In this document: piece after piece, positions 18,986 to 32,280 of the stretch
How the letters are laid out: every line of letters begins with the position of its first letter
Numbering within the stretch: the stretch's first letter is position 1
Sequence record: OQ599310
Direction: 5' to 3' (one strand)
Source: Escherichia phage 55
Length of the DNA stretch: 64,000 nt
The notes under the pieces: model-generated
The model's database searches: none
Told to the model about the DNA's origin: nothing
Seen by the model: only the letters and a program-made list of their open reading frames with translations
Translations under genes and position numbers: made by a program

Positions 18986-19631
18986 AATACGCATGCCTCC
19001 TGATGGAGAACGTTATATTAATGGAAAATCGGTATATAAACTATACTTGATGTGCAAAAACCATTTTGGTGGTCGGTATGACGTAATCAAATATAACTGG
19101 TGCATGCGTGTTTCGGATAATGCGTATCAAAAACGCCGAGATAAATATTTCTTTGAGAAACTAGCAGAGAAATATAAGTTAAAGGAACTCACCTTGATAT
19201 TCATCAGTAACTTAGTTGCTAACCAAGATGCATGGATTGGTGAGATATCAGACGCTGATGCATTAGTTTTCTATAGGGAATATATTGGACGTCTCAAACA
19301 AGCCAAGGAGACGTTTGCCGAAGACATACGTAACATCTACTATTTCAGTAAGAAAGTGGAAGTTAGTGCGCTTCAAGAGATATTTGATTATAATAATAAA
19401 GTTCAGTCGAGCTACATATTTAAATTGCTACAAAGCAATATAATTTCATTTGAAACCTTCTTGTTGTTGGATTCATTCTTGAATATTATAGATAAGCATG
19501 ACGAACTTACTGACAATTTAGTCTGGCAAAATTATTCTACCAAATTAAAGGCATATCGAAAAATACTTCAAATCGATGGAAATGCTGCTAAGAAATTGTT
19601 CATAGAAACAATCAAATCATGTAAGTATTAA
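18978..19631 (+). CDS. 59: gp59 helicase loader
   Basis: 217 aa; near-identical to remembered T4 gp59 (DVIKYNWCMRVSD..AYQKRRDKYFF...SNLVANQDAWIG). Confidence 0.93.
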   Translation: MIKIRMPPDGERYINGKSVYKLYLMCKNHFGGRYDVIKYNWCMRVSDNAYQKRRDKYFFEKLAEKYKLKELTLIFISNLVANQDAWIGEISDADALVFYREYIGRLKQAKETFAEDIRNIYYFSKKVEVSALQEIFDYNNKVQSSYIFKLLQSNIISFETFLLLDSFLNIIDKHDELTDNLVWQNYSTKLKAYRKILQIDGNAAKKLFIETIKSCKY

Positions 19632-19660
19632 GCTTTATTTCTTGTGTGTTAAAATTACTT

Positions 19661-19668
19661 TATAAATA
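19661..19668 (+). promoter_or_regulatory. late promoter TATAAATA upstream of gene 32
   Basis: Exact TATAAATA at 19661-19668. Confidence 0.5.
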
Positions 19669-19678
19669 AATCATACCA

Positions 19679-19747
19679 GCTACGAGGTATAAGTGTCGTA
19701 GCAACCAACTGTAAATAAATTAAATAATCTAAATAAAGGTAAATATA
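19679..19747 (+). promoter_or_regulatory. gene 32 5' leader: hairpin (GCTACGA/TCGTAGC) plus A/U-rich repeats (UAAAUAAAUUAAAUAA), candidate translational operator
   Basis: Stem 19679-19685/19696-19702 followed by an unstructured A/U tract ending at the ATG; resembles the T4 gene 32 autoregulatory operator. Confidence 0.5.
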
Positions 19748-20695
19748 ATGTTTAAACGTAAATCTACTGCTGACCTCGCTGCTCAAATGGCTAAACTGAA
19801 CGGTAACAAAGGTTTCTCTTCAGAAGATAAAGGCGAATGGAAGCTGAAGCTAGATGCATCCGGTAATGGTCAAGCGGTAATTCGTTTCTTGCCAGCAAAA
19901 ACTGATGATGCACTACCATTTGCAATTCTTGTTAACCATGGTTTCAAGAAAAATGGTAAATGGTATATTGAAAATTGCTCTTCTACACATGGTGATTATG
20001 ACTCTTGTCCTGTATGTCAGTACATTATTAAAAATGACCTGTACAATACCAACAAAACTGAATATTCTCAACTGAAACGTAAAACTTCTTATTGGGCTAA
20101 TATTCTGGTTGTTAAAGACCCTCAAGCTCCAGATAATGAAGGTAAAGTATTTAAATATCGTTTCGGTAAAAAGATTTGGGACAAAATCAATGCAATGATT
20201 GCAGTTGATACCGAAATGGGTGAAACTCCAGTTGATGTTACTTGTCCGTTTGAAGGTGCTAACTTCGTTCTGAAAGCTAAGCAGGTTTCTGGTTTTAGCA
20301 ACTATGACGAATCTAAATTCTTGGGTCAATCTGAAATTCCTCGTATTAATGACGAAGCATTCCAGAAAGAACTATATGACCAGATGGTAGACCTTACTAC
20401 TTTGACGGCTAAAGACCAGTTCAAATCCTTTGAAAAATTAAATGAATCTTTCGCTAAGGTTCTTGGTACTGCCGCTCTTGGTGGTGCAGCAGCTGCAGCA
20501 GCTTCTGTTGCAGCAGCTGCAGCAGCTTCTGTTGCAGCTGCTGCAGCTTCTGTTGCAGATAAAGTTGCTTCTGACCTTGACGATTTTGATAAAGACATGG
20601 AAGCCTTTAGTTCTGCAAAAACTGAAGACGACTTCATGAGCTCTACCTCATCTTCTGATGACGGCGACCTCGATGACCTGTTAGCTGGTCTATAA
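19748..20695 (+). CDS. 32: gp32 single-stranded DNA-binding protein
   Basis: 315 aa; near-identical to remembered T4 gp32 with an expanded Ala-rich linker; acidic C-terminus ([12 protein letters not shown]). Confidence 0.95.
   Translation: MFKRKSTADLAAQMAKLNGNKGFSSEDKGEWKLKLDASGNGQAVIRFLPAKTDDALPFAILVNHGFKKNGKWYIENCSSTHGDYDSCPVCQYIIKNDLYNTNKTEYSQLKRKTSYWANILVVKDPQAPDNEGKVFKYRFGKKIWDKINAMIAVDTEMGETPVDVTCPFEGANFVLKAKQVSGFSNYDESKFLGQSEIPRINDEAFQKELYDQMVDLTTLTAKDQFKSFEKLNESFAKVLGTAALGGAAAAAASVAAAAAASVAAAAASVADKVASDLDDFDKDMEAFSSAKTEDDFMSSTSSSDDGDLDDLLAGL
20486..20554 (+). repeat. in-frame tandem repeat, about 2.9 copies of a 24-bp unit (GCAGCAGCTGCAGCAGCTTCTGTT) encoding AAAAASVA
   Basis: Copies at 20486-20509, 20510-20533 and a 21-bp third copy 20534-20554, inside gene 32. 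Confidence 0.85.
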
Positions 20696-20701
20696 TAAAT
20701 T

Positions 20702-20719
20702 GGGAGACTTCGGTCTCCC
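20702..20719 (+). terminator. hairpin GGGAGAC-UUCG-GUCUCCC followed by TTTT, after gene 32
   Basis: Perfect 7-bp stem, UUCG loop, T-run. Confidence 0.7.
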
Positions 20720-20751
20720 TTTTGAGTATCTGTAAATTGCCGAAAAAAGTT

Positions 20752-20780
20752 GTTTACTTCTTTCCTAGATGTGTTACTAT
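20752..20780 (+). promoter_or_regulatory. T4-type early promoter (GTTTAC, 17 bp, TGTGTTACTAT)
   Basis: GTTTAC 20752-20757; TACTAT 20775-20780. Confidence 0.55.
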
Positions 20781-20810
20781 AGACCTATCAAAACAAATGA
20801 GGAAATCATA

Positions 20811-21173
20811 ATGGAAACCGGAAAAACGTACATCATCAACCCTGCATTTAAAGCTACCTTCGCTAACGAATGCCCACAAAATGCTGAAATGCTGTCTTTG
20901 ATTGAGCTTCATGGCCCTAGTTTTGTTGTAAAAGACATGAACACAGAGTACGACGATGATAAATGTGTAACACGTGTAACTATGCGAGACGGCACTGAAT
21001 TGGGTTTTGACGGTAAGCCGGGTTCATATTTTGAGCTTTATGACGATGAGTTCAAATACTTCATCGAGGTATCCCCAGAGTCTATTTCTAAACAGTCACT
21101 CATCTTTGAAGTTACTGAAGATAACGCCCGTGATGTGATTGCAGAAATTAAAGAAATTTTTGGAATAAAATAA
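20811..21173 (+). CDS. hypothetical early protein, paralogue A (120 aa)
   Basis: Start moved to ATG 20811 (SD gaggaaatcataATG); shares LIELHGPSFVV and FKYFIE motifs with the next gene. Confidence 0.55.
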   Translation: METGKTYIINPAFKATFANECPQNAEMLSLIELHGPSFVVKDMNTEYDDDKCVTRVTMRDGTELGFDGKPGSYFELYDDEFKYFIEVSPESISKQSLIFEVTEDNARDVIAEIKEIFGIK

Positions 21174-21198
21174 GTACAGCACAAATGAGGAAATCAAA

Positions 21199-21603
21199 AT
21201 GGAAATCGGAAAATCTTATATCATTAGCCCTTTATTTAAAGACGACTTTGTTCAAGAAGCACCACATAATAACGCTAAGATGTTAAAACTGATTGAACTC
21301 CATGGGCCTAGTTTTGTTGTAAACGGAATGGAACCTGATTATGATAGCGATACGTCAAACGTAGTAAGTGTAACTATGGAAGATGGTACTGTATGTTCTG
21401 CCGGTGGTGGAATTGAAACTTATTTTGAGATTTATCCTGACGAGTTTAAATACTTTATTGAGTACTTTACTGAGGTAGATTTAGTAAAGCCTCAACCTAC
21501 TAACGAAGGTATAACTTTAGGTGTAACAAAAATCCATTGTATCGTAGATGAAACCAACGTCGACGAAATCATCAAACTTTTGCAAAAAACTTTTAAAAAG
21601 TAG
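21199..21603 (+). CDS. hypothetical early protein, paralogue B (134 aa)
   Basis: Same RBS context (aaatgaggaaatcaaaATG) and shared motifs with 20811-21173; tandem duplicate. Confidence 0.55.
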   Translation: MEIGKSYIISPLFKDDFVQEAPHNNAKMLKLIELHGPSFVVNGMEPDYDSDTSNVVSVTMEDGTVCSAGGGIETYFEIYPDEFKYFIEYFTEVDLVKPQPTNEGITLGVTKIHCIVDETNVDEIIKLLQKTFKK

Positions 21604-21640
21604 TGTACAATCAGATAGGGCTATGTTATAGTAGCCCTAT
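21604..21640 (+). promoter_or_regulatory. promoter cassette with palindrome (TGTACA ... ATAGGGCTA-tgttatag-TAGCCCTAT)
   Basis: 9-bp inverted repeat 21615-21623/21632-21640 around an A/T-rich core; same family as 266-302. Confidence 0.5.
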
Positions 21641-21665
21641 CAAATCAAAAGTGAAGGAGAATAAA

Positions 21666-21914
21666 ATGAGATTGCAACGACAGAGCATCAAAGATTCTGA
21701 AGTTAGAGGTAAATGGTACTTCAACGTCATTGGTAAAGATGCTGAACTCCTTGAACAAGCTGAAGAAGCTTTACGTGAAATGGGATGGAATGAAGAATGT
21801 GATGGATGTCCGCTCTACGAAGATGGTGAAAGCGCAGGATTCTGGATTCACCATTCTGATGTTGAATCGTTTAAAGCCGATTGGAAAGTTGTTAAGAAAA
21901 ATCTGAGGAAATAA
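21666..21914 (+). CDS. hypothetical early protein (82 aa)
   Basis: Start moved to ATG 21666 (SD aaggagaataaaATG). Confidence 0.45.
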   Translation: MRLQRQSIKDSEVRGKWYFNVIGKDAELLEQAEEALREMGWNEECDGCPLYEDGESAGFWIHHSDVESFKADWKVVKKNLRK

Positions 21915-21916
21915 TT

Positions 21917-22109
21917 ATGATTAACTGTCTATTTTTCCGTTATCTTAGAACTTTGCTTTCAGAAATAGAAAAGAAACAATATCATGAACTTGCGTTTGGA
22001 TGTTCAGCTGTACGATTAAATGAATGCCCAAGAAAACAAATTTTTGTTATTGATTCAAGAATGTTTGAATTCCAATACTATATGATCAAAAAATATCTGA
22101 GGAAACAAT

Positions 22110-22126
<17 letters not shown>
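21917..22126 (+). CDS. hypothetical protein (69 aa)
   Basis: ORF track; SD gaggaaataattATG. Confidence 0.35.
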
Positions 22127-23792
<1,666 letters not shown>

Positions 23793-23793
23793 A

Positions 23794-24048
23794 ATGATTT
23801 TACGTTTTATTAATTCATATGGCACCACAATTTTTGAAATGAAAAATCCAAGTGAACTGGATATCCCTTCACCGAATAGTGAAATCACAGTTAAAGGTGA
23901 ACGATTCATTTGCCATTCACATGAACGAATTTATGAATATCGTGAATTCTGTGGTGGATTCGGTATGGAAAAAGAGCCTCTGGTTTATTTCGATATTACA
24001 GTCTTGACTCCTAAAGAATATGAAGAAATTATTGCTGAGGATAATTAA
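23794..24048 (+). CDS. hypothetical protein (84 aa), nrdA.x-position
   Basis: Start moved to internal ATG 23794 immediately after the td stop. Confidence 0.4.
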   Translation: MILRFINSYGTTIFEMKNPSELDIPSPNSEITVKGERFICHSHERIYEYREFCGGFGMEKEPLVYFDITVLTPKEYEEIIAEDN

Positions 24049-24135
24049 CGCTTCAGTTTAAAAGTGTATAATAAATTAACGGGATAAATACTATCCCGTT
24101 TGGAGTAATGTCTATCAACCTATACTGAGGAATAT

Positions 24136-26391
24136 ATGCAAGTAACTAAGAGCAGTGGTGTATCCCAAAATTTTGATGCACAGAAAATTATTCAAGTCTT
24201 AACTTGGCAATGTGAAGGAACACAAATTGACCCATATGAATTGTACGAAGAAATTAAGACCCATCTTGTCGACGGGATGAGCACCAAAGATATCCAGAAG
24301 ATTTGTATTAAAGTTGCAGCTAACTTGATTTCTGTCGAAGAACCTGACTATCAATATGTTGCCGCTAAAGGATTAATGTTTGCACTTCGTAAAGATGTGT
24401 ATGGGCAGTTTGAACCGCCTGCTTTTATCGACCATATTTCTTATTGTGTTAATGAAGGCAAATACGACCCTGAGCTGTTGTCTCAATATTCAGCAGAAGA
24501 AATCATTTATCTCGATTCACAGATTAAACATGAACGAGACTTTGACCTGACTTATGCTGGTGCTATGCAGCTTAAAGAAAAATATCTAGTTAAAGATAAA
24601 ACAACTGGGAAGATTTATGAAACTCCACAGTTTGCTATCATGGCTATTGGCATGGCCTTACATCAAGACGAAACTCATGACCGTTTGAAACATATTATTC
24701 GTTTTTATGATGCCGTTTCTACTCATCAAGTTTCATTGCCAACCCCAATTATGGCAGGTGCTCGTACTCCAACTCGCCAGTTCTCTAGTTGTGTAGTTAT
24801 TGAAGCCGGTGATTCGTTAAAATCTATTAACAAAACTTCAGCATCAATTATTGAATATATTTCTAAACGAGCTGGTATTGGTATCAACGTTGGTATGCTT
24901 CGTGCAGAAGGTTCTAAGATTGGTATGGGTGAAGTTCGACATACAGGTGTTATTCCATTCTGGAAACATTTCCAAACTGCAGTAAAATCTTGTTCTCAAG
25001 GTGGTATTCGTGGTGGTGCTGCTACAGCATATTATCCGATGTGGCACTTAGAAGTAGAGAACCTATTAGTTCTGAAAAATAACAAAGGTGTGGATGAAAA
25101 CCGTATTCGACATATGGACTACGGAATTCAGATTAATGACCTTATGATGGAACGCCTTGGTAAAAATGATTATATTACTTTATTTAGCCCTCACGAAATG
25201 TCAGGCGAACTATACTACTCGTTCTTTGAAGATCAAGATAAATTCCGTGAGCTTTATGAGAAAGCTGAAAAAGACCCAACAATCAGAAAGAAAAGAATCA
25301 AAGCACTAGAACTCTTTGAATTGTTCATGACTGAACGCTCTGGTACTGCTCGAATTTATCCACAATTCGTTGATAACACGAACAACTACACTCCATTTAT
25401 TCGTGAAAAAGCTCCAATTCGACAGAGTAACTTATGTTGTGAAATCGCTATTCCAACTAATGATGTGAATGGTCCTGATGCTGAAATTGGTTTATGCACA
25501 TTATCTGCATTCGTGTTAGATAAATTTGATTGGCAAGACCAAGATAAAATTAATGAACTTGCTGAAGTACAAGTACGTGCACTTGATAACCTGTTAGACT
25601 ATCAAGACTATCCGGTTCCAGAAGCTTTAAAAGCTAAAAAGCGTCGTAATCTTGGTATTGGTGTTACGAACTATGCTGCATGGTTAGCTTCTAACTTTGC
25701 TTCATATGAAGACGCTAACGATTTGACTCATGAATTGTTTGAGAGATTGCAATATGGCCTTATCAAAGCATCAATCAAACTCGCCAAAGAAAAAGGACGT
25801 TGCGAGTATTATTCAGACACTAAATGGTCTAGAGGCGAATTACCTATCGACTGGTACAATAAAAAGATTGACCAAATCGCAGCCCCAAACTATGTCTGTG
25901 ACTGGGAAGAACTTCGAGCTGAACTCAAAGAACATGGAATTCGTAACTCAACGTTATCTGCACTCATGCCTTGTGAGTCAAGCAGTCAAGTATCAAACTC
26001 TACAAACGGGATTGAACCGCCGCGTGGTCCAGTAAGTATTAAAGAATCTAAAGAAGGCAACTTCCGACAAGTAGTTCCTAATATTGAACACAACATGGGT
26101 CTTTATGACTATGCGTGGAAACTCGCTAAGAAAGGTAATAAGCCTTATCTGACACAAGTTGTTATCATGTTAAAATGGGTGTGCCAATCTGCTTCTGCTA
26201 ATACATACTACGACCCTTCAGTCTTTGAGAAAGGCAAAGTGCCAATGTCTGTAATGCTTGATGACTTGCTTTACTTCTGGTACTTTGGTGGTAAGAACCT
26301 TTACTATCATAACACTCGAGATGGTTCTGGTACAGATGACTATGAGTTAGAAACGCCTAAAGCTGAAGATTGCTCCGCTTGTAAGCTTTAA
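24136..26391 (+). CDS. nrdA: ribonucleotide reductase large subunit
   Basis: 751 aa; class Ia NrdA features (N-terminal ATP cone, active-site Cys/Glu/Cys region NLCCEI, C-terminal Cys pair). Confidence 0.95.
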   Translation: MQVTKSSGVSQNFDAQKIIQVLTWQCEGTQIDPYELYEEIKTHLVDGMSTKDIQKICIKVAANLISVEEPDYQYVAAKGLMFALRKDVYGQFEPPAFIDHISYCVNEGKYDPELLSQYSAEEIIYLDSQIKHERDFDLTYAGAMQLKEKYLVKDKTTGKIYETPQFAIMAIGMALHQDETHDRLKHIIRFYDAVSTHQVSLPTPIMAGARTPTRQFSSCVVIEAGDSLKSINKTSASIIEYISKRAGIGINVGMLRAEGSKIGMGEVRHTGVIPFWKHFQTAVKSCSQGGIRGGAATAYYPMWHLEVENLLVLKNNKGVDENRIRHMDYGIQINDLMMERLGKNDYITLFSPHEMSGELYYSFFEDQDKFRELYEKAEKDPTIRKKRIKALELFELFMTERSGTARIYPQFVDNTNNYTPFIREKAPIRQSNLCCEIAIPTNDVNGPDAEIGLCTLSAFVLDKFDWQDQDKINELAEVQVRALDNLLDYQDYPVPEALKAKKRRNLGIGVTNYAAWLASNFASYEDANDLTHELFERLQYGLIKASIKLAKEKGRCEYYSDTKWSRGELPIDWYNKKIDQIAAPNYVCDWEELRAELKEHGIRNSTLSALMPCESSSQVSNSTNGIEPPRGPVSIKESKEGNFRQVVPNIEHNMGLYDYAWKLAKKGNKPYLTQVVIMLKWVCQSASANTYYDPSVFEKGKVPMSVMLDDLLYFWYFGGKNLYYHNTRDGSGTDDYELETPKAEDCSACKL

Positions 26392-26441
26392 GAATTTTGT
26401 TTATAATTGACTCATGGATGAGTCACTATTGAGAGAATATA

Positions 26442-27620
26442 ATGAGTACAGTTTTTAATACCCAAAAAGTTGATGTTTTGAATGAACCAATGTTCTTTGG
26501 TTCCGGTCTTGGCCTTGCGCGTTACGATATTCAACGCCATAAAGTTTTTGAAGAGCTTATTGAAAAGCAATTGTCGTTTTTTTGGCGCCCTGAAGAGGTA
26601 AACTTGATGTTGGACTCTGCGCAGTTCAATAAGCTTCCACAGTTCCAACAGAACATCTTTACGAACAACCTTAAGTATCAATCATTATTGGATTCTATCC
26701 AAGGCAGGGCACCATCTGCGGTACTTATGGCATTGCTTTCCGACCCTTCATTAGATACATGGGTTGCTACATGGACATTCAGTGAAACCATTCACTCTCG
26801 TTCATATACTCATATCATGCGAAATCTTTATACTGATCCATCGAAGGTATTTGATGAGATTGTATTAGATGAAGCAATTATGAAACGTGCGGAATCAATC
26901 GGCAAATATTATGATGATGTTCTAGTTAAAACACGTGAATGGGAAAATGCTAAAGAAATTTTTAAATGTTTTTCCGAAAATGAATATGATTTGGATGCAT
27001 ATTCAAATAGTCTTATGCATGTGGAAGAATGTAAACGTGCATTAATGAAGTCTCTTTATCTCTGCTTACACGTTATTAACGCCTTAGAAGCTATTCGTTT
27101 TTACGTATCATTTGCATGTACTTTCAACTTCCATAAGAACATGGAAATCATGGAAGGTAATGCAAAGATTATGAAGTTTATCGCTCGTGACGAACAACTC
27201 CACCTTAAAGGCACTCAGTACATTATTCGACAGCTCCAACTTGGTGTTGATGGGGATGAATGGGTTCAAATTGCTAAAGAGTGTGAGCAAGAAGCAGTAG
27301 ATATCTTTATGGAAGTAAATAGTCAAGAGAAGGAATGGGCTGCACACCTCTTTAAAGACGGTACATGTCCAGGTATCAATACGCAGAGTATGTGTGCTTT
27401 TGTTGATTACTTGACTGTGTCTCGTATGAAACAGTGCGGTTTGCCATGCCCAATCACTGATGCTCCGACCAAGCATCCGTATCCTTGGATTCGTGAATAT
27501 CTGAACTCTGATTTAGTTCAAGCAGCTCCTCAGGAAGTTGAAATCAGTTCTTATCTTGTCGCACAAATTGATAATGATGTAGACCAAAATGTAATCAATT
27601 CATACAAAAAATATTTCTAA
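26442..27620 (+). CDS. nrdB: ribonucleotide reductase small subunit, uninterrupted (no intron)
   Basis: 392 aa continuous ORF; di-iron/tyrosyl-radical NrdB family. Confidence 0.95.
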   Translation: MSTVFNTQKVDVLNEPMFFGSGLGLARYDIQRHKVFEELIEKQLSFFWRPEEVNLMLDSAQFNKLPQFQQNIFTNNLKYQSLLDSIQGRAPSAVLMALLSDPSLDTWVATWTFSETIHSRSYTHIMRNLYTDPSKVFDEIVLDEAIMKRAESIGKYYDDVLVKTREWENAKEIFKCFSENEYDLDAYSNSLMHVEECKRALMKSLYLCLHVINALEAIRFYVSFACTFNFHKNMEIMEGNAKIMKFIARDEQLHLKGTQYIIRQLQLGVDGDEWVQIAKECEQEAVDIFMEVNSQEKEWAAHLFKDGTCPGINTQSMCAFVDYLTVSRMKQCGLPCPITDAPTKHPYPWIREYLNSDLVQAAPQEVEISSYLVAQIDNDVDQNVINSYKKYF

Positions 27621-27624
27621 GGAC

Positions 27625-27638
27625 GGGACTTCGGTCCC
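27625..27638 (+). terminator. hairpin GGGAC-UUCG-GUCCC after nrdB
   Basis: 5-bp stem, UUCG loop; T-rich tract downstream. Confidence 0.5.
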
Positions 27639-27646
27639 ACTTTATT

Positions 27647-28057
27647 ATGAAAGATATTGCCGCCGAATATTCCTTTATTAAATATACAGAATTGGAGCTA
27701 TTAGAAGATGCAACAATTAAAACAGTTGATGTCCCTAATAAGAAAAATGTCATATATGCTATTGCTATAGACGATGAACTTGTGTATATTGGTAAAACCA
27801 AGAATTTAAAGAAACGCATTAACTATTATCGAACAGCCATAAATCGAAAAGACCAGACTTCAGATTCAAGAAAATCACTTATGATTTTGGATGCCTTAAT
27901 GCAAGGCAAAAAGGTTGAATTCTGGGCCCGCCAATGTTTTGACCTTTCAGTCACCAACGAACTTGGTTCAATGACCATCGCAACAATGGACCTTGAAGAA
28001 CCGCTTTTTATCAAAAAGTTCAACCCGCCTTGGAATATCCAACATAAGAAAAAGTAG
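27647..28057 (+). CDS. denA: endonuclease II (DenA)
   Basis: 136 aa, same length and position as T4 DenA; GIY-YIG-like core (VYIGKTKNLKKR). Confidence 0.8.
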   Translation: MKDIAAEYSFIKYTELELLEDATIKTVDVPNKKNVIYAIAIDDELVYIGKTKNLKKRINYYRTAINRKDQTSDSRKSLMILDALMQGKKVEFWARQCFDLSVTNELGSMTIATMDLEEPLFIKKFNPPWNIQHKKK

Positions 28058-28086
28058 TTTACACACCACAAGGATTGTGGTACAAT
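28057..28086 (+). promoter_or_regulatory. T4-type early promoter (GTTTAC, 18 bp, TACAAT) with CCACA/TGTGG mini-palindrome
   Basis: GTTTAC 28057-28062; TACAAT 28081-28086. Confidence 0.5.
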
Positions 28087-28102
28087 TTAAAAAACTAACT
28101 GA

Positions 28103-29236
<1,134 letters not shown>

Positions 29237-29238
29237 TG

Positions 29239-29268
29239 GTTTACAAACACCAAGGAAGGTGTTACTAT
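29239..29268 (+). promoter_or_regulatory. T4-type early promoter (GTTTAC, 18 bp, TACTAT)
   Basis: GTTTAC 29239-29244; TACTAT 29263-29268. Confidence 0.5.
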
Positions 29269-29298
29269 GGCTTTTATCAATAACACGAGGAGAAAATT

Positions 29299-29799
29299 AT
29301 GAATATGCAATTGATTACTAACGATATGGTCGTAACCGCTTTTGGAGACACAACTGACGGAATCCGGGTCTTTAAGAAAGGACGTCCAGTTGGTTATCTT
29401 ACTGACCTACGTGTTACACTGGCCAAAAATCTTAAAAAGAAAGTAAAACAAAAAGAGTATTCCACCCGATACGTTGAAGAGAAACGTGAAGCAATGCCGG
29501 AAGCAGTTAATGCTATGGTAGAATTTCTTCAAAACAATTTGACTAAATATGACGCTAATGTGTTCATTAATATTAGTCAACCAAACGTACATATCGCAGG
29601 TATAAAATTCTACATTATTTGCGACCCTCTTACTGACAAATTTAATCGTCTTGGAATCTCAAGTCCATATCATACAGCAGAAGAGTTGTGTGTATTGTTT
29701 GAATCATACAAAATCCAGTGTGATGGGCCTAAAACGGTTCTTATCAATGGATTATCCCGAGACGAAATCATTGAGATTATTCAAACATGCTTAAAGTAA
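29299..29799 (+). CDS. alc: Alc-like protein (host transcription shut-off), by size and position
   Basis: 166 aa (T4 Alc about 167 aa) between rnlA and the spanin pair; no motif verified. Confidence 0.45.
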   Translation: MNMQLITNDMVVTAFGDTTDGIRVFKKGRPVGYLTDLRVTLAKNLKKKVKQKEYSTRYVEEKREAMPEAVNAMVEFLQNNLTKYDANVFINISQPNVHIAGIKFYIICDPLTDKFNRLGISSPYHTAEELCVLFESYKIQCDGPKTVLINGLSRDEIIEIIQTCLK

Positions 29800-30143
29800 A
29801 TGCATCATATATTGTAGTGGCAGCTTTTGCGGTTGTTGCTACTGTAACAATAGCATTTCTGAACCATAAAGTCGATTCGCTGAATACCGAATTGGCTACA
29901 GTAAAAGAGACTGCTAATAACAACGCTAAAGCGTTAGATGACTTCAAAGCTCAATATCAGTCAATCGAAGAAATGACTTATAAGAATCGTGTTTTAGTTG
30001 ACCAACTTAAGGCTGAAAATGAAAAGCTCCGTAAGGATTCGAAGAAGAAGAACGTGGTGGCAAGTAAACCAGGATTGGTCGAAAAACAAATCAACAAGTC
30101 CTTCGATTCCTTTGCAGAAGACCTCAGGAAGCTCTCAGAATGA
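29787..30143 (+). CDS. pseT.3: i-spanin (inner-membrane spanin subunit)
   Basis: 118 aa; N-terminal TM helix (IVVAAFAVVATVTIAFL) then coiled-coil; overlaps the o-spanin gene. Confidence 0.7.
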   Translation: MLKVNASYIVVAAFAVVATVTIAFLNHKVDSLNTELATVKETANNNAKALDDFKAQYQSIEEMTYKNRVLVDQLKAENEKLRKDSKKKNVVASKPGLVEKQINKSFDSFAEDLRKLSE

Positions 30144-30430
30144 TTAAATTAACCGCAGTTGTATTATCTATTGGTATTTTGGCTGGATGTGCCCAGGCTG
30201 TGCCCTTAAGCCCTAAAGAAACTTTACATCCGCCATGGCCTGAATCTATTGTTGAATATAACCAGAAATGGCAAGTAAAGGTTATTGATGGTAATCCATG
30301 GGTTGGAATGCCATTTGAAGACTCTCAAGAATTTCGTATCTGGTTAAACGACGTAAAAAGATATGTACATGACCAGAAGACTATGTTATGTTATTATCGT
30401 AGTGGTTTAAAAGAGGAAAAATGCCAATGA
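30140..30430 (+). CDS. pseT.2: o-spanin (outer-membrane lipoprotein spanin subunit)
   Basis: 96 aa; signal peptide with lipobox (ILAGC); Pro-rich periplasmic part. Confidence 0.72.
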   Translation: MIKLTAVVLSIGILAGCAQAVPLSPKETLHPPWPESIVEYNQKWQVKVIDGNPWVGMPFEDSQEFRIWLNDVKRYVHDQKTMLCYYRSGLKEEKCQ

Positions 30431-30645
30431 CTAAAGAACAGCATGAATACATTAAAGGGCTTATCTATGAATCTGAAATGGCGGCTATGATTTATGGGCG
30501 CCAGATTCAACGATTAGAATCTTTGCCTCCGACTAATGACCGATTGTTAGTTCAGTCTCGTGCTAATCTGAAAAATGAATATCAGAATAAGTGGGCAGTA
30601 GCGACTAAAGCTCTTCACGAGTATATTGAATCTTTAGTAAAATAG
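30421..30645 (+). CDS. hypothetical protein (74 aa), pseT.1-position
   Basis: ORF track; overlaps the o-spanin stop. Confidence 0.45.
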   Translation: MPMTKEQHEYIKGLIYESEMAAMIYGRQIQRLESLPPTNDRLLVQSRANLKNEYQNKWAVATKALHEYIESLVK

Positions 30646-30680
30646 TTTACAAACTCTCAGGAGCAGAGTATAATGCTCCT
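30645..30680 (+). promoter_or_regulatory. promoter cassette with palindrome (GTTTAC ... AGGAGC-agagTATAATgc-GCTCCT)
   Basis: GTTTAC 30645-30650; TATAAT 30669-30674 in the loop of inverted repeat 30659-30664/30675-30680; homologous to 1039-1074. Confidence 0.55.
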
Positions 30681-30702
30681 ATGGATAATTGAGGAAATCT
30701 AA

Positions 30703-31001
30703 ATGAAAACATTACTAGAGAATTACATCAAACGGTCTGATGAGTATATTGTTATCTGTCGTGGAATGTCACTTGGCAATTATGACAAAGATGCAGCAAA
30801 GGCACTAGATGAAGCAGGTAAAGCTCTTCGTAAAGCTGCTAAAGAAAAAGGGTTGGATTTGCAACAACTCAAAAGTCATATGATTAAATTTATTTCTTCA
30901 AACGTTAGAAGTACGTCAATTAATAAAAACGTTGCTGAAATTAATAAAGACCGGCGCGAGCATAACATTCGTATTCTTGAAATTTTCTTAGGAATAAAAT
31001 A

Positions 31002-31002
<1 letters not shown>
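30703..31002 (+). CDS. hypothetical early protein (99 aa)
   Basis: ORF track; SD gaggaaatctaaATG. Confidence 0.45.
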
Positions 31003-32088
<1,086 letters not shown>

Positions 32089-32089
<1 letters not shown>

Positions 32090-32280
32090 TGAAACGATTA
32101 TATGAAGTGATTGAGGACATCGAACAGCATAAAGAATATTTGTTTGTAGCCTGGCCTTTAGTAAATGGACAGTTCGGTATTGATGTGCTGGACTATGAGC
32201 ATGAAGAACGTTTGGACGGTGGTATATTTGATAACGTCGACCAGGCAATTGAATGGTTAAATGAAAACTATGTACGATAA
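32089..32280 (+). CDS. hypothetical protein (63 aa)
   Basis: ORF track. Confidence 0.4.

Noticed and set aside
20326-20637. Minus-strand ORF and a plus-strand Leu/Gln-rich ORF (20442-20639) inside gene 32
   Set aside because: Artefacts of the GCAGCT-type tandem repeat read in other frames.
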